Source of the DNA: Candidatus Poseidoniales archaeon
Lineage (GTDB): Archaea > Thermoplasmatota > Poseidoniia > Poseidoniales > Poseidoniaceae
Assembly (NCBI GenBank): GCA_003602605.1
Contig: QQRW01000037.1
Span: 14,718 to 78,717, forward strand
Length of the DNA: 64,000 bases
Direction of reading: 5' to 3'
Part shown: positions 57,701 through 64,000 of the stretch, piece after piece
Numbering within the stretch: the stretch's first letter is position 1
Layout of the letters: each line of letters starts with the position of its first letter
Program-made: the position numbers and the translations under genes
Notes under the pieces: model-generated
Told to the model about the DNA's origin: nothing
Database searches by the model: none
Seen by the model: the letters and a program-made list of their open reading frames with translations, nothing else

Positions 57701-59775
57701 TCGTAAGGGCCGTTATCTAAGAAATCACCATCGATGACTTGAGGAATGACGATTGTGTAATTTCGGGTAAGAGGAACTGCGTTCACACCACTACCGACCA
57801 ATGCTGCGCTTAGTGTAGGCGTGATGGTCAGTGAAGCTGCAAAGGTACCTGCGACAGGATATTGATTGGCTTGTGGGCCGATAATGTCCAAGGTCGTGTT
57901 CATACTGTCGCCGGGTTGTAGTCCGGAGTAGAGCGGGTTTGAAACAGAAACCGACCAGCGGTCGGCCTCTCCAAAACCACCCTCATTCAACGCAGTGAAG
58001 GACTTTGAAGTCGTAAGTGTAGCGTCCAAGGTCTCGGTTAACAACGTGGGAAGATTGTGGATGACGCGCAAATTCAAATCGATGTTTTGAACAAGTTGAG
58101 TGCCAGTGAGTGTTTGTTCGATTTCTTCGACAGAGAGGTATTGTGGTTCAGGGTCCAAGCCTGGGTCAACAACGATCACGGGTGACACTTTGATTGGAGC
58201 TGTGTCTTGAGAGGGTACGCCTCCACCTATTGGTTGGCATTGAATCCATACATCGAGTTCATCACCGGCCATATTGTATTCGCTGGTGACGATTGGGTTT
58301 TGGATTGCAGGAGCAGTAAGCGTCACGACAACTTGGGTTGTAGCGCCAGATGCAACAGGAGGTGTGATCGATGGGCTGACCTCCCAGGTCCAGTTGAGTG
58401 TTGCGACCGACAACCCGGTCGCCAAAGTGTAGGTCGTTGTGACACTTCCAGTGTTTGTAATTTGGGCAATATACTGCGCCTGACCACCTGGATTGATGGT
58501 CTTGATTGAAGAGTCTTCAATCAGCGTAACATCGCCTTTGAAGAAATCACCAACCATCACACGACCTACTCCCGAGATTTGGTAATTGTCGGGAGAGTTA
58601 ACAGAGGTGAATGTAATAGTAATCTTGTCCGTTTCCGAACGAACTGCGTTAGCGGGAACATTGACATCGAGAGTGACTAGGCGAATGGAGCCAGCGGGAA
58701 GCGTGGCGCCAAAAGAGGCGGAAGAAACATCAGCCCATGGTTTGTTTTGGGTGACCGAGATGGTGAAGAGGTCGGATTCCACACCGGTGTTTTTGACAAC
58801 GAATGTGATAGCAGTCGTATCACCCGGCTCGACAACAAGCGTGGCTGGTTCGATAACGACTGCATTGTAGTCAGAAAATTTCACCCATGATTCTCGAACA
58901 ATAACTGTTTCAGTCCATGAAGTACCGTCGAACTTGACCGATGCTGAGATATTCCAAACGCCCGTGAGTGCTGAGCCATCTACATCAGCGCTTAGAACGC
59001 CAGATTCTTGGAGAGTTGCTGATGAGGCAGGATATGAACCTGGTTGAAGTGTAACTGTGCCCGATGTGAAGGTGATCACCGTCGGAGTAGGCGTCGAGTT
59101 ATCGGTAAGGACGATTGTCATTGTAGCGGAGATTGGCTTGACTCCTGAGTTGGTAACCGATGTATTGAGGGTTGAGATGGCGTTTGGTAGTGCCATTCGG
59201 TTGGTGGTAGGTGAATCTGCGGGGAAAGTATTACCCATCACATCTCCAAGATGTTTGTTTTCTACAGAGAAAGCAAAGCCAACATCTTGAATATTGTTGA
59301 GCAAATCATTTCCTGTCTCTTTGGTGGAGACCAATTTTATCCTAAGTTCTTGCCCAGCACCGTTCGTTGCAATCCATGAGAATGATATCGGCGTGAGATC
59401 AACTTGCCCTGAAGCACCGCTCACGCTACCCATCGAGATGCTATCGACATCCGTGAATCCAAGAGATGGCGAGCCTTTGTGTTGCAAGACAATCCAAAGC
59501 TCGTCGTTTCCAGAACCGACCGCTGAAATGTTTGCGGTGACGATGTGTTCGCCAGGTTCAAGGAAAAGGCTTGAACCAATCACTGCGGAACCTGAATTAC
59601 TGAGTTGCAGTGGATTTCGGAAGTAAAAGTCGAGCGTTGCACGTCCGGAGGTAGACGATGAGGTGCTGGATTCCTCGGCATCAGCAAACGGCAGATACAT
59701 CGGCAACACAAACAGTGCAACAAGCAGTGCTGCCAGCAGAGATTGACGATTGGCATGTTCACGCAGGAGTGTCAC
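54769..59775 (-). CDS. Large (~1668 aa) surface protein of repeated CARDB/DUF11-like beta-sandwich domains with a C-terminal 5-TM module and acidic cytoplasmic tail
   Basis: The signal peptide follows GTG 59775 (..REHANRQSLLAALLVALFVLPMYLPFADA). Repeated xxNTGxxxxxY/F motifs are present (VVKNTGVESDLFTISV; QITNTGSVTTTYTL; VIKNTGNAPADYEIWL; IINNGNLQETVKVTL; LLNTGNKDVTVNAVY; VQNVGSATALDVVV). The C-terminal TMs are at about nt 54990-55450. The track ORF start (60120) overlaps the upstream gene and I rejected it. Confidence 0.8.
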   Translation of the reverse strand: MTLLREHANRQSLLAALLVALFVLPMYLPFADAEESSTSSSTSGRATLDFYFRNPLQLSNSGSAVIGSSLFLEPGEHIVTANISAVGSGNDELWIVLQHKGSPSLGFTDVDSISMGSVSGASGQVDLTPISFSWIATNGAGQELRIKLVSTKETGNDLLNNIQDVGFAFSVENKHLGDVMGNTFPADSPTTNRMALPNAISTLNTSVTNSGVKPISATMTIVLTDNSTPTPTVITFTSGTVTLQPGSYPASSATLQESGVLSADVDGSALTGVWNISASVKFDGTSWTETVIVRESWVKFSDYNAVVIEPATLVVEPGDTTAITFVVKNTGVESDLFTISVTQNKPWADVSSASFGATLPAGSIRLVTLDVNVPANAVRSETDKITITFTSVNSPDNYQISGVGRVMVGDFFKGDVTLIEDSSIKTINPGGQAQYIAQITNTGSVTTTYTLATGLSVATLNWTWEVSPSITPPVASGATTQVVVTLTAPAIQNPIVTSEYNMAGDELDVWIQCQPIGGGVPSQDTAPIKVSPVIVVDPGLDPEPQYLSVEEIEQTLTGTQLVQNIDLNLRVIHNLPTLLTETLDATLTTSKSFTALNEGGFGEADRWSVSVSNPLYSGLQPGDSMNTTLDIIGPQANQYPVAGTFAASLTITPTLSAALVGSGVNAVPLTRNYTIVIPQVIDGDFLDNGPYDVPVGVDSSIPMRFANTGNDVGSYRLRIVDNLPENWTANFSDNDQNISNLTADIADGTLDGSSGNAAHIQVVTFNIRTDPLAPAGLNQPITVRIEDPVSGLLIGSEHVFYVVVGQIFNGSLTPTNQSLELDVTDSTFTSIVIKNTGNAPADYEIWLDNSLAGDVDFSIVSPITSSVFIAAGYEETIRIEMNANGDADSDGFYMTTVWVSTNNGQILLSSNVVANITENHSIGISAPEQKAVTPGQMEQVDFDIINNGNLQETVKVTLAVEGNITLSKSELTEVLSIDQTYSDSVNVAIPSLGGADTLVQGSVYNLTITAVNSTTGIVYSTHTVQLLIQPLFIVESSDWPDVMEFQPKSTRTWEVTLLNTGNKDVTVNAVYAITRPGLTNLSTDWEMVTQPSLIVLPINTPVVHSFTAVGTVDLPLLSLTADLTLFLDPTETEVEGSGQFTTQLVMSRFFSTGDIGIEPDINSDFVDVFLPYTNIPTGNGSEVAYMIELCNAERLLNLESMGLSEFEYSWNFSLIVDKFDGTSDVHPLNLDQECGATSLGPTSRYSLLELEAWNPSSIRIEAETPTKGFILPGDGWDLTFRLYHPDENNGYSVYDEETFSLVLAVFADPMIKSISSDEGQFQEGTQSTITVVVQNVGSATALDVVVDLQCEGLTVSTLPSETPALLNRSVASGLNYSMIPFFFATQERTFTWVVTADSIDWWSQRSEVSCVASLNASFMENNVVLNDKMTLKEDVISWSPGVSVSFVAAVTCLLVSIILFRLTSQNDNFRLLAIYAGVVGFGFSFHIFQFAWWGFVVLTLAALWIWRMTWKSTDEFRLLHEDYQRARRGISTLYADHFEELASSRRQLRTILGMPVLGMLAIILGIPPMLTEDRTNVVSIATYVFVVMAGVWFLINRANNMYGELYGRLTDIEVKAIRIERDLSDPARLFNELAADGLNLDDIFGSAEASQALNPENLFSNEEVNDDA

Positions 59776-60190
59776 CCCCTGGAGAGTCGAAACGAGCGAT
59801 GGTGACCTTCTTTCCTTGACGGCGCCACTGCATAAGGAGTTGCTCAAGGAGGCGCTCATGGTCGATGTCTGAGATGCCAAGGCGGCGGCGTTCCTCCCAC
59901 AGAAGCATCTGCTCAGTCTTGGTAAGAAGGGCGTCTCTGAGATACAATTCCAGCGTACGGCGGTATGCATCACGGTCAGAAACTGCGTAAACAATCGTGT
60001 CTCCGGGAAGTTGATCCGCACGATTTTGAATGAGGTTGCCGAGGGTAAGAGCCTCGTCATATGTGATGTCTCGCTTATCCAAGTCGGTTTGAACTGCACT
60101 GGCAATGGTTTGCAAGTCAAACCGCGTGTTGGTACGCTGTATTCGTTTGGAATATCGGCGGCTTCTACGAGACAATCGGACCGCCACCAT
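59759..60190 (-). CDS. Small basic/helical protein (143 aa), unknown function
   Basis: ATG is at 60190 (MVAVRLSRRSRRYSKRIQRTNTR..), followed by helical repeats (YRRTLELYLRDALLTKTEQMLLWEERRRLGISDIDHERLLEQLL). Its 3' end overlaps the proposed GTG start of the next gene by 17 nt. Confidence 0.55.
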   Translation of the reverse strand: MVAVRLSRRSRRYSKRIQRTNTRFDLQTIASAVQTDLDKRDITYDEALTLGNLIQNRADQLPGDTIVYAVSDRDAYRRTLELYLRDALLTKTEQMLLWEERRRLGISDIDHERLLEQLLMQWRRQGKKVTIARFDSPGGDTPA

Positions 60191-60361
60191 GATTATCCTT
60201 GTGACCTGCCGGTTATTGAAAGAATCGGTCAGCACACCCTTGCCAACCCGATATGCGGTAAAATCTACCCGTATCGCATAAAAGACTCACTGAGGGCAAC
60301 TAATTGACATTTTGGCATTTGACATCAGCATGCCCCAGGACACGGAGAAAAGCAATGTTTC

Positions 60362-60874
60362 ATGTCCTGTGAGCCGCACGACTTCTCCATGAGCGACGCA
60401 ATTACACACGAAGTCGGCAATTCAGCACCTGCATTCGAATGTCTAGATTCCAGTGGCAATGTCCACAGCTCGGCTGCCTACCAAGCAGACGGAAAAACTG
60501 TCATACTGTACTTCTACCCTCGAGATTCAACCCCCGGATGCACAACACAGGCTTGTGACTTCAGAGACAACTTTGCCCGGCTAACGACAGAAGGATTCAT
60601 TGTTCTTGGCGTCTCAAAAGATTCCGAAGGCTCCCATGAAAAGTTCATCGCAAAGCAGGAACTAAACTTCCCACTCCTCATGGATCGTGACGGAGAACTG
60701 CATGAAAAGTTCGGAACATGGCGATTGAAAAAGAACTACGGCCGAGAATACATGGGTTGTTCTCGGTCGACATTTGTAATCTCACCCGATGGAAACTTCA
60801 CTTGGCTTCGATACAATGTCAAGGCGAAGGGACACGTTGGTATGCTCATGAGGGAACTCGGACTCGGTGAATGA
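60362..60874 (+). CDS. bcp: Thiol peroxidase / peroxiredoxin, Bcp type
   Basis: VILYFYPRDSTPGCTTQACDFRD is the PxxxTxxC peroxiredoxin active site of Bcp/PrxQ. Confidence 0.9.
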   Translation: MSCEPHDFSMSDAITHEVGNSAPAFECLDSSGNVHSSAAYQADGKTVILYFYPRDSTPGCTTQACDFRDNFARLTTEGFIVLGVSKDSEGSHEKFIAKQELNFPLLMDRDGELHEKFGTWRLKKNYGREYMGCSRSTFVISPDGNFTWLRYNVKAKGHVGMLMRELGLGE

Positions 60875-61392
60875 GGGATTCAATGCCAACTGAGGCTTCA
60901 TTGAGCGGGACTCGAATCGATTTGGGGGGCGGATCAGTTGCTTGGTCACCCTGCCACATCGGCGAGGGTACAGTAATAGGTGTGTCCTGCTCAATTGGCT
61001 CATTAGCTCATATCGGCCGAAACGTCGCATTAGGAAACGGATGTCGAATTCAAGGGGGTGCTTACATTGCCGACGGATGCGAACTCGCCGATGGTGCATT
61101 CATTGGTCCGAATGCAACTCTGTTGAACGACAAGTACCCTCCTTCACAGAATCCACAACAATGGCAGTCGATTCATGTCGGAAAAAATGCCGTCATTGGA
61201 GGAGGTGCAACGATCTTACCAGGGTGCAATGTCGGTCAAGGTGCTGTACTGGGTGCTGGCTCCACCCTCACAAAGCAGCTACCTGAAAACCAAGTATGGG
61301 CAGGTCAACCGGCAACGTTCCTCATGATGCGGAAAGCATACGATGAAAAGCAACTGCAACTCAAACACTCATTGGGCACTGGAGGCAATTGA
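60871..61392 (+). CDS. Left-handed beta-helix (hexapeptide-repeat) sugar N-acetyltransferase-like protein
   Basis: Hexapeptide repeats are present (IGRNVALGNGCRIQGGAYIADGCELADGAFIGPNATLLNDKYP..VGKNAVIGGGATILPGCNVGQGAVLGAGS). The start overlaps the bcp stop as ATGA. Confidence 0.8.
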   Translation: MRDSMPTEASLSGTRIDLGGGSVAWSPCHIGEGTVIGVSCSIGSLAHIGRNVALGNGCRIQGGAYIADGCELADGAFIGPNATLLNDKYPPSQNPQQWQSIHVGKNAVIGGGATILPGCNVGQGAVLGAGSTLTKQLPENQVWAGQPATFLMMRKAYDEKQLQLKHSLGTGGN

Positions 61393-62211
61393 ATGGATAG
61401 AAAGGCAGTAGTTCTCGATTATCTAAAGAAATGCAATGCATACGCAGAAAAATCGATTGCGCGGAAACTCGAACGTGGTGAAGAAGACGAGACTGCGTCT
61501 TGGATATCCTACATTGAGTTCAACAACCACGCCATAGAAGAAATCCAAAACGGCACACTCAACAAGTGGTTTTCACCAATGCCGATGACCAACATGGACC
61601 ATGCAAGGCGAATGGACGTTGAAGCCATTGAGCATGCGCAACGTGCAGGATGGTTGTCCGGACTGCTTTCGCCACGGCCGCTCGTCCTCGCTTCGACCCA
61701 AGACGAGCACGGTAACAAGAATCTCGCACCTTACACCTCTGTGATGGCAGTATCTACCGGTCCACCTTTGCTTATCGCTTCGTTCAGTTGCAACCGTGAG
61801 GGTCGATATCGGGACACACTCCACAATCTTCGCTCTACCAAACGTGCCATTCTCCATTTGATGCCGAGCAGCATTGAGATGGTGAAAGCGATTGATGAAA
61901 CCGCGGCGCCTTTGCCACAAGGTGAAAGTGAATGGAACCTCTCCGGACTCACTGAAAGTCCTCTTGACCCACTGCTCATCAACGAAGCAGTTGCTGCACT
62001 CGAAGTCGAATACATCGAAGATAGGGCACTCCCGGATGCCGTAGCAAGGCTCGCAGTACTGCGAGTTACGGGGCTATGGACTTCTGAATCCACAATTCCA
62101 CCGAGTGGACTGGACATACTGTGTCAGCACGGTCACGACCGTCTCTCTCCTGCCCCGAGTGATTGGGGAGAGAAGGTATTGAAGCACTACGGTGGACGCA
62201 AACTATCGTAA
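61393..62211 (+). CDS. Flavin reductase-like (FMN-binding split-barrel) domain protein
   Basis: PRPLVLASTQDEHGNKNLAPYTSVMAVSTGPPLLIASFS fits the Flavin_Reduct pattern. The ATG follows the upstream stop directly. Confidence 0.7.
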   Translation: MDRKAVVLDYLKKCNAYAEKSIARKLERGEEDETASWISYIEFNNHAIEEIQNGTLNKWFSPMPMTNMDHARRMDVEAIEHAQRAGWLSGLLSPRPLVLASTQDEHGNKNLAPYTSVMAVSTGPPLLIASFSCNREGRYRDTLHNLRSTKRAILHLMPSSIEMVKAIDETAAPLPQGESEWNLSGLTESPLDPLLINEAVAALEVEYIEDRALPDAVARLAVLRVTGLWTSESTIPPSGLDILCQHGHDRLSPAPSDWGEKVLKHYGGRKLS

Positions 62212-63201
62212 TGATTTCCACATCTCTGCAAGTCCTTGACTGAGCGAAGTCGTTGCTCTCCAACCAAGTCGAGATTCTGCCTCAGAGCAATTTGGCAGAC
62301 GACGGCTCACATCACCATGATATCCCTCCTCATGATGTACCTCGGGCATTGGCTGACTCCAAGTTGGATCTGCAGCTGCAGCATCAAAAACCGCCTGTTG
62401 AAGCGATTGAATAGAGATCTCCTCCGTTGAACCTATGTTGAAAGCAGCTCCAGCAAGCGGCGTACCGTCCAATGCAGTATCCATGAGTCCTGCGCGATAA
62501 AAACCGTCAACTGTGTCCGCAATCCATGTGAACGATCGAGTTTGTGTACCCCCATTATGCATTTTTAGAGGCGTATTCTCTAGGACAGAAGAGAAAAACA
62601 TGGCTACAACTTGACCGTATTCGTCACCGAGCAAACGCGGCCCATAGGCGTTAAACGGCCGAACAATTCGAACATCTAAGCCGTCCCGTGCAGCGTGTTG
62701 ACAAGCAATTTCATCGAGATATTTGCTGGCACCATAGGAGTGCCTTTGATGAAGTGAAGGGTCGGTAAATGTCATCTCATTGCCGTTTTGAATCGGTTGT
62801 TGTTTAGCTTCACCAAAGGCTTCTGGAGAGGATGCAAGAATGTATCGCGCATCGTAGGACATCGCCAGTTCCAATGTCCTTAGCGTTCCATTGATGTTCA
62901 CATCAATCACCGAATGTGCAGCCTCATGAAACCATTTGGTACCGTTTACTGCAGCCAAATGAAACACAATATCCACACCTCCTAAGACGTCCATTGCATC
63001 GTCAAGGCGGTCTACATCACGAACATCACCTTGCATAAAGTGAAAACGAGCGTTGCCTTCAATCGAGGCAAGGTTCGACTTTCGTCCTCTGAAAAGTGAG
63101 TCATATGCAAGAACAGTATGGCCCTCTTGAATCAATCTCTCGCACAACGAAGAGCCTATGAAACCGGCACCTCCGGTGACAAGAATTCGTTGTAAGGCCA
63201 T
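62203..63201 (-). CDS. NAD-dependent sugar-nucleotide epimerase/dehydratase (extended SDR)
   Basis: ILVTGGAGFIGSSL is the Rossmann motif and YGASKYLDE is the catalytic YxxxK. The protein is 332 aa. Confidence 0.9.
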   Translation of the reverse strand: MALQRILVTGGAGFIGSSLCERLIQEGHTVLAYDSLFRGRKSNLASIEGNARFHFMQGDVRDVDRLDDAMDVLGGVDIVFHLAAVNGTKWFHEAAHSVIDVNINGTLRTLELAMSYDARYILASSPEAFGEAKQQPIQNGNEMTFTDPSLHQRHSYGASKYLDEIACQHAARDGLDVRIVRPFNAYGPRLLGDEYGQVVAMFFSSVLENTPLKMHNGGTQTRSFTWIADTVDGFYRAGLMDTALDGTPLAGAAFNIGSTEEISIQSLQQAVFDAAAADPTWSQPMPEVHHEEGYHGDVSRRLPNCSEAESRLGWRATTSLSQGLAEMWKSLR

Positions 63202-63210
63202 ACCGACACC

Positions 63211-64000
63211 TCATTTTTTGCGTTCAAGGACTGTGAGAGTCACGACACCTTGTTCTGATTTCAATTCGACAATATCTCCATCGTTGACATCCATGCAAGG
63301 GTCTGAATCAAACCCGTGGCCGTATGGAAGATCCAACAATGAACACGCTGGAAGAGTAAGAGGGCATACATCTCGGTTGACAATGGCCTTCGGACCTTTC
63401 CCGGTGTACAATAAACCCATCAAGACATACGGAGCAACCGTTGAGCCCGAGCCCTTAGGGTAAATGAGAATCGAATTCTCGATTGCTCGTCCGTCGAGTG
63501 GGTGACCGGTTTCCTCGATGACACCGGTATCTCGATGTACATAGCCAAGATAGGTAATAGGGACATCCGTTACCATTGCAGGTCCTTTCAAACAAAAGTC
63601 TCCTTGACTCTCGAGCGGAGAGCCCGTTAGCACTGCATCGCCGGTTTGAACGGTTTTGGCACTGGCATGTTGGGGTTGTGATTTCGCTTCCAGTACGGGC
63701 TGAGGGCCTGCTGAAAGTGATGCATCAAAAGCGTGCGACACGCAGTCATGAATGGACATCACGCTTGTCGGCAACCGGTTGAGTCCGCTGGTAAGATAGT
63801 GTTCGGCCTTGAGTGAATTGGTGAGCAAATGGTTGTAGTGTGCTCGGTTATACGGTGTGACTTCGGGACACGTGTCTTTCAAAAGAACAGCACCCGCACT
63901 TTCGAGAAGGGCAATGCTACCATCGGCCAAAGCCAGTTCGTAATTTTCACCGCTGGTAAAGACCCATAATCGCTGATCGGGAATCTTGGCGCCCATCTCT
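63211..64000 (-). CDS. Aconitase X family protein, fused catalytic (DUF521) + swivel (DUF126) domains; 5' end outside the window
   Basis: The C-terminal segment ILIYPKGSGSTVAPYVLMGLLYTGKGPKAIVNRDV..LPACSLLDLP matches the DUF126/AcnX swivel pattern. The upstream part (..AGAVLLKDTCPEVTPY..) matches the DUF521 C-terminus. The frame is still open at position 64000. Confidence 0.7.
   Translation of the reverse strand, partial: EMGAKIPDQRLWVFTSGENYELALADGSIALLESAGAVLLKDTCPEVTPYNRAHYNHLLTNSLKAEHYLTSGLNRLPTSVMSIHDCVSHAFDASLSAGPQPVLEAKSQPQHASAKTVQTGDAVLTGSPLESQGDFCLKGPAMVTDVPITYLGYVHRDTGVIEETGHPLDGRAIENSILIYPKGSGSTVAPYVLMGLLYTGKGPKAIVNRDVCPLTLPACSLLDLPYGHGFDSDPCMDVNDGDIVELKSEQGVVTLTVLERKK

Noticed and set aside
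59776-60120. The N-terminal 115-aa extension of the 1783-aa track ORF (MTCKPLPVQF..).
   Set aside because: It overlaps almost the whole 143-aa gene in another frame. It has no signal peptide, whereas the segment right after GTG 59775 is a good signal peptide.
1-64000. Mobile elements, prophage, a defence island, or an rRNA operon.
   Set aside because: I recognised no transposase, integrase, capsid, terminase, restriction, Cas or toxin-antitoxin signatures in any frame. The PIN-domain protein is the housekeeping Nob1 type with a Zn ribbon.

Overview
This is a 64-kb, very gene-dense archaeal chromosomal window.

**Archaeal hallmarks read from the translations:**
- C-terminus of the PolD small subunit (DP1)
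- a Nob1-type PIN + Zn-ribbon nuclease
- an HTH_10 (Bat-type) regulator
- a complete archaellum operon (two archaellins, ArlF/ArlG-like proteins, ArlH, ArlI, ArlJ)
- PolX+PHP polymerase, endonuclease III, membrane pyrophosphatase, TatA, a MoaD/SAMP-like protein
- one tRNA-Glu(UUC)

**Giant proteins:** roughly half of the window encodes very large acidic membrane-anchored proteins, all on the minus strand:
- a ~4590-aa mosaic beta-helix/cadherin-like adhesin
- a 1012-aa Fn3/CARDB-like surface protein
- a 1536-aa double-FtsX (MacB-type) ABC permease with its ATPase
- a 2395-aa protein built from about 52 thrombospondin-type-3-like Ca-binding repeats
- a ~1668-aa CARDB-like repeat protein with a 5-TM C-terminal module, directly upstream of the archaellum genes

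The gene content resembles planktonic Thermoplasmatota (Marine Group II / Poseidoniales-like), but that placement is inference only. I saw no CRISPR array, transposase, integrase or rRNA.

**Most notable observations:**
1. The giant adhesin does not stop after its C-terminal membrane anchor. It continues in frame into a complete archaeal type-IV-pilin-like module (MAVSPVIATILMVAITVVLSG... plus a ~150-aa beta domain), so it carries an internal class-III-signal-peptide-like element.
2. A translationally coupled three-gene module sits immediately upstream of the archaellins: a 143-aa basic/helical protein, the ~1668-aa surface/5-TM protein, and a 351-aa cytosolic coiled-coil + beta-sandwich protein. 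An unrecognisable protein also occupies the ArlC/D/E position.
3. A MacB-type ABC transporter with a very large ectodomain is co-oriented with two of the giant surface proteins.

**Start codons:** the supplied ORF track translates GTG/TTG starts as M and reports the longest ORFs. I re-picked several starts by reading the DNA.
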